Assembly (NCBI GenBank): GCA_963799845.1
Contig: CAWCYI010000006.1
Coordinates: forward strand, 96,001 to 160,000
Length of the DNA stretch: 64,000 nucleotides
Direction: 5' to 3'
Source: an uncultured Nitrososphaerota archaeon
Lineage (GTDB): Archaea > Thermoproteota > Nitrososphaeria > Nitrososphaerales > CADDZS01
The notes under the pieces are model-generated. The model saw only the letters and a program-made list of their open reading frames with translations, searched no databases and had not been told where the DNA came from. The position numbers and the translations under genes are program-made. The number at the start of each line of letters is the position of its first letter. Position 1 is the stretch's first letter. Positions 18,125 to 26,248 of the stretch are shown here, piece after piece.

Positions 18125-18951
18125 GCGTCGCAATAATGGTTAACAAAGGATTGAGCTTGAGGAAAGCTCTCCGGTCCGTTGGGTCTTCGCAGGGAGCGTA
18201 TTACTACAAGCGTCACACAAGGCAGGATAAAGGAGCTCTCCGCGATCCGTCCATCATCTCGACAGTCAGGGACATTGCTCTAAAGAAGCCTATGTACGGA
18301 ACTAGGATGATGGCAGCTCTTCTATCAAAAGAACTTCGAAGACCCATCAATAGAAAGCAAGTGCAGCACGCCTACCGCATGATGGGCTGGATCACACCTC
18401 GATTGACGAGGAATGAGGTACTGAAATCTGTCTCGGATAAGATCCCGAAACCCAATGGAATAAATCAGTCATGGCAGACCGATCTCACATACATCCGCTG
18501 CGGAATAGATGGCTTTGGATATCTCTTCAACGTCATCGACGTGTTTTCAAGAGAATGGCTTGCGTATGTCTTTGATGGTTTTGCACGTAAGGAGAATGCA
18601 GTACAGGCTGTCGTAAAAGCTCTCGAGAAGCATCCCGAAGCTTCTGGAAAAGTGACTCTCTACAGCGACAACGGATCCCAGTACATCAGCGAGACATTCA
18701 AGCAGTCGATGAAAGCTTTAGGCATTAAGCAAAGATACATCGCCTACAACACTCCCGAGCAGAATGGATCAATTGAATCGTTCCACGGACGATTCAAGCG
18801 TGAATATGTTTGGCCGTACGATTTTAGATCCTTCCAGGAAGCTGATTCACACATAGCAGAAGCCTTCATAGATTACAACGAGAGGAGACCTCACTCGGCA
18901 CTCGGTTACATGAGTCCGTACGAATTCGTCTCCCAGATAGTAGTGAAATAG
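18121..18951 (+). CDS. IS3 transposase OrfB (DDE)
   Basis: WQTDLTY, SDNGSQY, NGSIESFH and YNERRPHSALGY motifs. Confidence 0.95.
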   Translation: MSVAIMVNKGLSLRKALRSVGSSQGAYYYKRHTRQDKGALRDPSIISTVRDIALKKPMYGTRMMAALLSKELRRPINRKQVQHAYRMMGWITPRLTRNEVLKSVSDKIPKPNGINQSWQTDLTYIRCGIDGFGYLFNVIDVFSREWLAYVFDGFARKENAVQAVVKALEKHPEASGKVTLYSDNGSQYISETFKQSMKALGIKQRYIAYNTPEQNGSIESFHGRFKREYVWPYDFRSFQEADSHIAEAFIDYNERRPHSALGYMSPYEFVSQIVVK

Positions 18952-19015
18952 AAGATGACACAAAATAATATGCAGTCAAACGAGTCAAAAGTGTGTCTAA
19001 AAGATGGGGTCCAGA

Positions 19016-19444
19016 TCACATGTCTTTGATTTCTTTTTTGCAGGATTTACAGAATCTTTTTCCTGCTAGACTATCCCAATACAAAACAGGATGAATGCAT
19101 TCTTTCGGTTCTTTATTTTCAGTTTGTTTAATCGGTATTGGAGTTTGAAATTTAGGCATTGATTGTTTTTCCGCACACTTTGCATGAGTTAGACCTTTAG
19201 CAAATATTCGTTCAATATCAATTGAATCTTTGCAAATTAAGCAAGTTATAGATTCAACTTTTTCTTTGAATGTTGTAAGAGTTTCATTCTCGGTTTCTAA
19301 TGCTGAATTCGCTTGCTCTAGTTTCTTAATGTAAGAACGCTGATGGAGTATTGTTAATTTCAAATCTCCAAAATCTTCATCTTTGTCTTCTGATTTGTTT
19401 TCATCTTCCTTTGGTTTCTTATCCCAAAATTTGTTTGCACTCAT
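19016..19444 (-). CDS. coiled-coil + zinc-finger protein, C-terminus truncated by IS3
   Basis: CLIC..H..C and C.H..CKSC motifs; stop supplied by the IS end. The pre-insertion frame continues NEVGISQR* left of the IS. Confidence 0.75.
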   Translation of the reverse strand: MSANKFWDKKPKEDENKSEDKDEDFGDLKLTILHQRSYIKKLEQANSALETENETLTTFKEKVESITCLICKDSIDIERIFAKGLTHAKCAEKQSMPKFQTPIPIKQTENKEPKECIHPVLYWDSLAGKRFCKSCKKEIKDM

Positions 19445-19872
19445 TGTAATTCCTCTTTCTTTAGAACATCTGACATTTCGATTATTGAACCGTCAGCGTT
19501 CACATGAGTCGATGGGTTCTCTTTGTTTGGAAGTTCTTTTCTCGGTTTAGGCAGTTTCTTTTTTTGCGGTGTGATGTTTTTTGCATTGGCAATCAAGTAT
19601 TCGCTAAATTCTTCAGGACTATTGCGTTTGATTTTTTCATACTGTAATCTTGCACTATCTACAAAGCGTTTAGCAGTTTCAGCCGTATAACTACTGGTTA
19701 GATCGTTCATTATTTCTAGTTCAGAATTACCTCTTAACATCGCTGAAACTATCGCTGAAATAATTGCGAAATTTGAATTTGCTCCGTCATGTCCTATAGG
19801 AGCAACGACAACACTATTTTCTCTCAAATAAGCCATGACTTCAGATATGAGTTCTTTCTGCTCTTGATTCAT
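19441..19872 (-). CDS. hypothetical protein (element cargo)
   Basis: 143 aa; ATGA-coupled on both sides. Confidence 0.75.
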   Translation of the reverse strand: MNQEQKELISEVMAYLRENSVVVAPIGHDGANSNFAIISAIVSAMLRGNSELEIMNDLTSSYTAETAKRFVDSARLQYEKIKRNSPEEFSEYLIANAKNITPQKKKLPKPRKELPNKENPSTHVNADGSIIEMSDVLKKEELQ

Positions 19873-20063
19873 TGATTATCGACCTCAACGCCCACAATCT
19901 TCAATGAATCATGTCCATTATGCATAAAGGCAAGAGTGATTGTCTTGTAGTGATTATCTTTCATCCAATCTTTTATCTTTAGGGCAATCTTGTTATCATT
20001 CAATGGATTCTCAATTGCTGGAAAATTCTTTTCAAAGTATGCTTTCTGGTCGAAATTACTCAT
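19869..20063 (-). CDS. hypothetical protein (element cargo)
   Basis: 64 aa; coupled to the next ORF. Confidence 0.65.
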   Translation of the reverse strand: MSNFDQKAYFEKNFPAIENPLNDNKIALKIKDWMKDNHYKTITLAFMHNGHDSLKIVGVEVDNQ

Positions 20064-20078
20064 ATTCTCACAATTGCC

Positions 20079-20354
20079 CTAGTTGATTGATTTCCGTTCT
20101 CTATTCCATAAACGGATACAAACCCTAGAATATTCTCTAGTTAGTCGTTCAGTCGTTGTAGGATACATTTCAAAAATTAATCGACTGACTTGTTTCAAAT
20201 CCTGTTTGTTATACTCGTTCAGAGATTTGAAACTCTGTTTTTTCATTTCTTCAACTATCGATTGAATAATTACAGATCGTCTTTTCGAGGTAGCAGGAAT
20301 GAAAGTTACTTCTAATTCCGATATATTTCCTTCGTAATTAACGCCTTTTTGCAT
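20079..20354 (-). CDS. hypothetical protein (element cargo, first of operon)
   Basis: 91 aa; divergent from the wHTH/integrase unit. Confidence 0.65.
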   Translation of the reverse strand: MQKGVNYEGNISELEVTFIPATSKRRSVIIQSIVEEMKKQSFKSLNEYNKQDLKQVSRLIFEMYPTTTERLTREYSRVCIRLWNRERKSIN

Positions 20355-20417
20355 TACTTATCAGTAAACACAAATAGGTTTGAAATCCAATATCTGTTAA
20401 CCTGAGTCCGTTCTGAC

Positions 20418-20777
20418 ATGCGTAAATTTACAATGCGCCAACTTGACAATGGTCTTGAAGCAATTTTGATAGGCAGTCAAATATCGAACGCATTACAAAT
20501 AGAACCGCTTACTGTTCAGGAATTATCGGCATTAACTTATCATCCAGAATCCACCGTTTACAAACATCTTGCGAAACTGAATGAAGCGGGATATTTGGAA
20601 AAACATTTTGAAAATAGACAATGCTCTAATGGAGAAGGTCGAAAGTTTGCTGTTTATTCTTTGAAAGCGAAACCTATTGGATATATTCAGATAAACAAAT
20701 TCATGCTGAATAGACTAGAACGCAACTTGAGAAAAGAAGGTATCAATTGGAGTGTTCGAGAAACTAACTCAGGTTAA
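20418..20777 (+). CDS. winged-HTH protein, possible N-terminal part of the element transposase
   Basis: LTVQELS...PESTVYKHLAKLNEAGYLEK...GRKFAVYSL is a wHTH pattern. Confidence 0.8.
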   Translation: MRKFTMRQLDNGLEAILIGSQISNALQIEPLTVQELSALTYHPESTVYKHLAKLNEAGYLEKHFENRQCSNGEGRKFAVYSLKAKPIGYIQINKFMLNRLERNLRKEGINWSVRETNSG

Positions 20778-21453
20778 TCAAGCGTGGCTTTGTGATTTCT
20801 CTTATCTTACTAGACGATTCGCCTATTCTGGAGTCTCTAACAGGAAATACAATCCTAATCCTTCTACGGAAGAATGGAGAGGACAATGGCATAAAACAGG
20901 TTCAAAGAAGAACCCTACATTTTATCCGAAATGGTCGAGATACAACTTTCGAGAGACTGAGAAATACGGTTCTCATAGAAATATTGCAATTTACGATAAA
21001 CCTATTCTCCTTTTTGCTATTCAGGATGCTTACAGTCGTTTCATTATCCATGCTCACTTAAGACAGTCTTCCAAAGAATTCGTAAACATGTCTCATACTT
21101 TCCCTAGATGGTTTGAGTTAGACGATTGTTTCAAAGAAGCGTTTGAATTTCAAAAACCATTGAAGAGACTAGGTAAACCGTTTGAGTTTCTTATGGATGG
21201 AATGATTCATAGATGGTATAGCAAAAAACTTGAAGGTAATTATTTCATTTCAAAAGCAGTAAAAGAAAAGAATCACTTTCTCTTATCTCCCTTAGACGCT
21301 TTCTTCGGAAGGATTCAAAACGAAATGAGAACCGAATTAACTAATAGAAATCTAACCAATTATGTTGATTACTACAATTACGAAAGACCTCATTCAGCAT
21401 TGAACGGAAAGACTCCAGCAGACTATTTCTTTTCGGGTAATGTCTTTTGGTAA
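20752..21453 (+). CDS. divergent IS481/rve-like integrase core
   Basis: VNQAWLCDFS, LFAIQDAYSRFII, FLMDG, LDAFFGRIQNE and YYNYERPHSALNGKTPA motifs. Confidence 0.8.
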   Translation: MFEKLTQVNQAWLCDFSYLTRRFAYSGVSNRKYNPNPSTEEWRGQWHKTGSKKNPTFYPKWSRYNFRETEKYGSHRNIAIYDKPILLFAIQDAYSRFIIHAHLRQSSKEFVNMSHTFPRWFELDDCFKEAFEFQKPLKRLGKPFEFLMDGMIHRWYSKKLEGNYFISKAVKEKNHFLLSPLDAFFGRIQNEMRTELTNRNLTNYVDYYNYERPHSALNGKTPADYFFSGNVFW

Positions 21454-21456
21454 TCT

Positions 21457-21566
21457 ATTCTTTTAGGGCAGACGCGAAAGTGTGTGTGCATATTGGCACT
21501 CTCTCAGTCTCTCTTGGAGTCTCTTGGTCTCTCTGGGGCGCGCGGGCGCGTGAGTGGGGGGGGGGG
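21457..21566 (-). repeat. right terminal inverted repeat
   Basis: ATTCTTTTAGGGCA...GCGCGTGAGT-G11, the reverse complement of the left TIR. Confidence 0.97.
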
Positions 21567-21574
21567 TTTATAAA
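21567..21574 (+). promoter_or_regulatory. TATA box of mtnA, also the target-site duplication
   Basis: TTTATAAA ends 33 nt before the mtnA ATG; duplicated at 15999-16006. Confidence 0.7.
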
Positions 21575-21607
21575 CCGAAGGCTGGTCTAACGAACCTGAG
21601 TTCGACA

Positions 21608-22751
21608 ATGGAAGGAAAACTGAACTTCTATGAACAAAGGACGATAAAATGGGATGAAAAGAAAAATTCTGTTGTAATGATAGATCAGACCTTACTGCCG
21701 GTAACGCTATCGTTTGTTGAATGTACCGACGTTTCACAAATAATTGATGCGATAAAAACCATGAAGGTCAGGGGTGCTCCTGCCATCGGTGTAACAGGGG
21801 CGATGGGAGTTGCACTGTCTGTTTTTGCTTCCGAATCTACAACCAAGAAAGATCTTCTTCGGGAGATTGAGCCCGATGTGATCGCTCTAAAGGCTGCAAG
21901 GCCAACCGCGATAAATCTCGCATGGGGAGTGGATAGGTCTGTCGATTATCTGAAAACTAAATTGCCGGAGCAGTTTGACCGGAATCTTCCCAGGCAAGAA
22001 CTGGTTGAATTTGTCAAAGATTTAGCAGATTATGACGTTGAAACCAACAAGAAACTATCTGATCTTGGTGCCAAGCTTTTCGTTCCGGCGACAGCGTACT
22101 GACTCACTGTAATTGAATTTCAGACGTTTCGAATGAAACCTTTGGATTCAGCAGATTGCAGGTGCGCTGGCAACAGTTGGATACGGAACTGCTCTGGGTG
22201 TTCTGAGATCAGTCGCAAACCAAGGTAAGACACTGAAAGTGTACGCGGCCGAGGCAAGGCCGGTACTTCAGGGAGCGAGATTAACAGCGTTTGAACTCAT
22301 TACTGACGGGTTCGACGTTACACTCATGCCCGACACTGCAATTGGGATCTCAATGCAAAGAGGAATGATAGACAGAGTAATCGTGGGAGCCGATCGCATA
22401 ACCAAGACTGGGCACGTCTTCAACAAAGTCGGGACATATCAGATTGCAGCCTTGGCGAAGAGACACAATGTCCCATTCTATGTCGCAGCTCCACTATCGA
22501 CTTTCGACTTTGAGACCAATTTGAAGGATGTAAAGATCGAGGAGCGCTCCCCGGACGAAGTGAGGAAAATGAGAGGTCAGCAGACGGCACCCGAAAACGT
22601 GCCAGTATTCAATCCAGCGTTCGACGTAACTCCTCCCGAGCTGATCACGGCGATCATTTGCGAAGAAGGAGTCCTAACAAAGCCATTCGCACCAAAAATT
22701 AATAGGTTAAAGAAAAAAGCGCTAAGACAGAAATTAGGGCCCGTAGCCTAG
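21608..22751 (+). CDS. mtnA: methylthioribose-1-phosphate isomerase, split by a candidate intron and one probable assembly indel
   Basis: DQT.LP, VRGAPAIG, ARPTAINL, GDSVLTHCN|AGALATVGYGTALG, E.RP.LQGARLT, GADRI, NKVGTY and NPAFDVTP motifs. A 1-nt frameshift lies at TTTT 22077-22080. Confidence 0.9.
22113..22156 (+). other. candidate BHB-type pre-mRNA intron (44 nt)
   Basis: Central helix CTGT/GCAG, bulges AA^T and AT^T, internal hairpin; excision restores TGT AAT GCA (C-N-A) and the reading frame. Confidence 0.8.
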
Positions 22752-22891
22752 CATGGAGCTAAGCGTAGACTCGCATCCGCGTGCATGAGATCCTGTTTTT
22801 GATCTGCATACATCAGGGCATCGTGTTTGCCTTCAACTAGCGTGCAAGCCTTCGGAGCCGGGGGTCGTGGGTTCGAATCCCACCGGGCCCG
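22737..22891 (+). tRNA. tRNA-Arg(TCG) with three non-canonical introns
   Basis: Acceptor stem GGGCCCG/CGGGCCC; T-arm GTGGG-TTCGAAT-CCCAC; anticodon TCG at 22852-22854. Removing 22758-22812 and 22824-22847 gives a 76-nt cloverleaf. Confidence 0.9.
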
Positions 22892-23040
22892 CTCATTTTG
22901 ACCAAGGTATCAACGGAGTTCTTTTCCTATCGTCTGGTATTGCCGTTTTCAATAATTGGTTATGCCCCGGAGTTGGGGAAATAGCATTCAGGGTTAAATC
23001 CCAAAAGCGATCTCATATTATGATTAGAGTTTAACCCATT

Positions 23041-23367
23041 ATGGAAACGTACAATCTGGTTCAATGTGTGGACTGGGGACTGAGCTCCTTCGGCGCAAAT
23101 ATGAAACAAGTCACATACTCGTTGTTCGCATCTCGGAAACGAATATCATCAAACGATATCTTATCTAATCCCGAGGAGTTTGTCAATGCTTTGAAAGATG
23201 TTTTCGGTCCTGGATACCCGCTAGCGGAACGCGCAATCGTGAAAGAAATAAAGAGCGAATTCGAGCTATTTTCTCCGTCCAAGTCAAACAGCCTTCTGGA
23301 CGTCCTGGAGAACGCGAAAAGCAAGATCGCCGAGATATCAGAGAACCCGAAGATCATCGTAAAATGA
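23041..23367 (+). CDS. small helical protein (DUF3227-like), paralog 1
   Basis: CVD..LSSFG..MKQ..Y...ILSNPEEF..ALK..FG.G..LAE..IVKEI pattern. Confidence 0.7.
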   Translation: METYNLVQCVDWGLSSFGANMKQVTYSLFASRKRISSNDILSNPEEFVNALKDVFGPGYPLAERAIVKEIKSEFELFSPSKSNSLLDVLENAKSKIAEISENPKIIVK

Positions 23368-23909
23368 CATTTTGAATTTTATGAATCGTTCGCTCCATCA
23401 TAAACCTCTAAAATAAATTCATTCCTCCCTACGCTGAAAAGCTTCTTCTCACATTGTTGTCTCAGCAGTTACTATCATGATCTTAAGACTTTGGATGCAG
23501 TTCTTGGATATCCTGATAGTTTCGATTCCATCAAACGTGGGCGTTCGATACCGACACGATTTCAAAAGCCCCCTTTCTTTTCTTGCAAATTTGTCGATGA
23601 ATAAGGGACAAAGTCGGAGGATCGTCAGTCAAAAGCAGCTTATTGATCTACGATTATACTATCTGATCGCTCTCCAAAATTAGAACTTACCTGCAAATTT
23701 TAAAGTTAAGGAAGCAAAGTAGAGTAATAGACAAATGGCTTGATCATTCTCGGGTTTTTAACCAACCGAATGTATTCGAATTGCGATAGAGGGGTTTTTC
23801 GCGCTTTTCATTGCCGTTTTCAATAATTGATTGTACATCAAACTCGGGAAATATAACATTCAGGGTTAAATCCCACCATTGGCCTTGGCTAGGATTAGTC
23901 TAACCTCTC

Positions 23910-24347
23910 ATGGAAATGTCTGACCTAGTTCAATGCGTTGAGAAAGCGCTGAGTTCTTTCGGTATGAACATGAAGCAAGCCACATACTTCTCAATGGAAT
24001 CTCGAGAAGGAATGGGCTCAGACGAGATCTTATCGAATCCCGAAGCATTTATTCGCACGTTGAAAAATACATTTGGCCCAGGATATCAGCTTGCCGAACG
24101 CAGGATCGTAAAAGAAATAAACGCACTGTGCTCTCCATCCAAGTCATCCAATCTTCTTGACGCCTTGGAGATGGCGAAAGGCAAAATTACCGATTTCAGA
24201 GGCGATCGAGATTCTGCACAATTCATGAATTGGGCGGCAGCCAAGGGCCCAGAGCTGGACGCGGATGCTCAAGTGGCTCCAGTCGCTAATTTTGGTTCCG
24301 GGAACCTTACTGTAGCTTTTGTTCGACAGAAGAAAACTCAGAAATAA
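23910..24347 (+). CDS. small helical protein (DUF3227-like), paralog 2
   Basis: Clearly alignable with 23041-23367, plus a C-terminal extension; shares upstream motifs. Confidence 0.7.
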   Translation: MEMSDLVQCVEKALSSFGMNMKQATYFSMESREGMGSDEILSNPEAFIRTLKNTFGPGYQLAERRIVKEINALCSPSKSSNLLDALEMAKGKITDFRGDRDSAQFMNWAAAKGPELDADAQVAPVANFGSGNLTVAFVRQKKTQK

Positions 24348-24548
24348 GGAACTCAACTTTACATTAAACTGCTATTACTTCCTCGGCATTGATCCCGGAC
24401 CCCTAGTCGTGAGGCATCAACGGTGCTCACATAACAGGATCGAATGTGGCCTCATAGATATTCATCCAAGCCTTAACCGCTACGGCCGCTTTCATAGGTC
24501 TTATTCCCATAGTGCGAGTCCCGCAGGGCCCGCTCGACTTTATCCAAG

Positions 24549-25253
24549 TTAAATCAGCGACACTATTATGACTGCAATTATTCCAGTCAGAAAAACACCG
24601 TCAAAAGTGCCCGCTCCCCCAATACTAACGACGGGAGCTCCAAGATCTGTAATTGAACCTAGATTTGATAGATCGGCTCCAATCAACGCACCCATCGATC
24701 CAGAAACATACGCAATTACCGCCACTCCAGCACCTGGGTGGATCAACAGTGATATGATTGCAGCCGCCAAAGGAGGCAAGAACGCCGGTGTCTCTATTCC
24801 CTGGCCCTTCACTTTCCTTGCCATGAGATGCACGAGAATGGAAGTGACAACTACTCCGAGTAGAGCATAACCCGCAAGGGAGAAGTTTGTGATTAAAAGA
24901 TACGTCGAAACAAGTATTGGAACAACCGCGCCACCGACATTAACTGTAACCAAGGTAGAGATTCTAGCACACGCGGTTACCGGAACTCGGTAAGTGAGCC
25001 CATACATTCTGACTTCCCGATATCCGACGACCGGTGCGTCGCCCGACTCCCTTGTAACTGGAATATTGAGGAAGCTCCCAAAAAACGTCAAAATTAGAAT
25101 GATCCCGAACTCTGCTCTGCTGAACCCAATTTCTTCAAAAGCGGATTCAGTAACTCCTACAAACAGAAACACCAGGGTTAACACTAAGAGAGCCGCAAGC
25201 AGCATGAACAGAAAGCTCCCATGCTGCCTGTAGACTGGATAGTTTGATGACAA
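24549..25253 (-). CDS. DUF1614-family membrane protein
   Basis: GSFLNIPV, VNVGGAVVP, G.LIGADL.NL and SIGGAGTFDGVFLTGI motifs. Confidence 0.88.
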   Translation of the reverse strand: MSSNYPVYRQHGSFLFMLLAALLVLTLVFLFVGVTESAFEEIGFSRAEFGIILILTFFGSFLNIPVTRESGDAPVVGYREVRMYGLTYRVPVTACARISTLVTVNVGGAVVPILVSTYLLITNFSLAGYALLGVVVTSILVHLMARKVKGQGIETPAFLPPLAAAIISLLIHPGAGVAVIAYVSGSMGALIGADLSNLGSITDLGAPVVSIGGAGTFDGVFLTGIIAVIIVSLI

Positions 25254-25489
25254 TCTGATCCCGTTCTCTTGAATTTCTAGAATTACAGGTAACGCATAGG
25301 ACGAACCAAGTCAAATTCCGGATCTGGCTAATTCATTTAAGATATTTGGATGAATGGTTGAATATTTCTGTAAGCTCGTCGGTGTCCCAAGTCATTTTTT
25401 TGATAAACAAAAGAAAGCTAATATTGTTTCAAGAAAGTCTCTTGGCAAATCCTCATATTTTATTTTGAACCGTCGAAGGAGTATACAAC

Positions 25490-26248
25490 TTGAACATGAA
25501 CAGATCAATTGAAATAATTCCTATCGGAGGCATTCGCGAGGTAGCCGACGGTCAGGACATTGGTCTGCTCATTCTGGATGCTTGCAAGAAAAATCACCTT
25601 TCAATCAAAGACGGGGATGTGATAGTTGTCACTCACAAGATCATTTCAAAGGCCGAGGGACGAGTCCTCGATCTTTCGAAAATAACTCCTAGCAGCTTCG
25701 CCAAGAAATCTGGGAAGCACATCGGTAAAGATCCGAGACAGGTCGAAGTCATACTGTCGGAGTCTCGCCGTCTAGTGAAAATGGTCAAGGGTTTGATCAT
25801 AGCCGAAACGCAGCAAGGATTTGTGTGCGCAAACGCCGGGGTAGACCAATCAAACGTTGACCTTGGTAAGATTGTTCTTCTTCCCGTAAAACCTGATGAA
25901 TCGGCTAGAAAAATCAGGGAGAAAGTAAATCAGTCGTTAAGAATCGATGTTGCCGTAATAATCTCCGACACCTTCGGCAGGCCTTGGAGAGAAGGACAGG
26001 TCGATGTAGCTATTGGTCTCTCGGGAATTGATCCCTTCGTTGACTACAGGGGAAAGACAGATCAGTACGGGTACAACCTGAAGGCCACGGTAATCTGTGT
26101 CGCCGACGAACTTGCTTCGGCTGCAGAACTTTGTATGAACAAGCTGGACAGAGTACCGGTTGCGATAATCCGGGGGTATCCATTTTCTCGAAAGGAAGTC
26201 TCAGCCAGGCTGATTGCGAGGAAACCAGCGCGAGATCTTTTCAGATAG
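25490..26248 (+). CDS. cofE: coenzyme F420-0:L-glutamate ligase
   Basis: KIISKAEGR, CANAGVDQSN, DTFGRPWREGQ and DELASAA motifs. Confidence 0.95.
   Translation: MNMNRSIEIIPIGGIREVADGQDIGLLILDACKKNHLSIKDGDVIVVTHKIISKAEGRVLDLSKITPSSFAKKSGKHIGKDPRQVEVILSESRRLVKMVKGLIIAETQQGFVCANAGVDQSNVDLGKIVLLPVKPDESARKIREKVNQSLRIDVAVIISDTFGRPWREGQVDVAIGLSGIDPFVDYRGKTDQYGYNLKATVICVADELASAAELCMNKLDRVPVAIIRGYPFSRKEVSARLIARKPARDLFR

Larger units (their letters stand above)
17751..19018 (+). mobile_element. IS3-family insertion sequence, 1268 bp
   Basis: Imperfect TIRs TGGTGAGGACCC..TTAGACACAC / GTGTGTCTAA..GGGTCCAGATCA (TG...CA ends); 4-bp TSD CATG (17747-17750, 19019-19022); orfA/orfB layout. Confidence 0.95.
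16007..21566. mobile_element. unclassified long-TIR transposon / integrated linear element with rve-like integrase and small-ORF cargo
   Basis: TIRs at 16007-16114 and 21457-21566, identical apart from the length of the terminal C/G run; flanking direct repeat TTTATAAA (15999-16006, 21567-21574); AT-rich interior; integrase gene adjacent to the right TIR. Confidence 0.93.

Noticed and set aside
16007-21566. Casposon, Polinton or composite IS3 transposon identity for the TIR element
   Set aside because: No Cas1, family B polymerase or capsid gene is recognisable. The single IS3 is internal and has its own TSD.
21504-21737. ORF-track entry crossing the right TIR, and the MGGGVYKP extension of mtnA
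   Set aside because: Both arise from reading through the TIR and G-run; the mtnA homology starts at ATG 21608.
22071-22102. mtnA -1 frameshift at CTTTTC as a programmed event
   Set aside because: One additional T gives KLFRSGDSVLTHCN, and similar indels occur elsewhere in the window. It is treated as a probable error but needs read-level confirmation.
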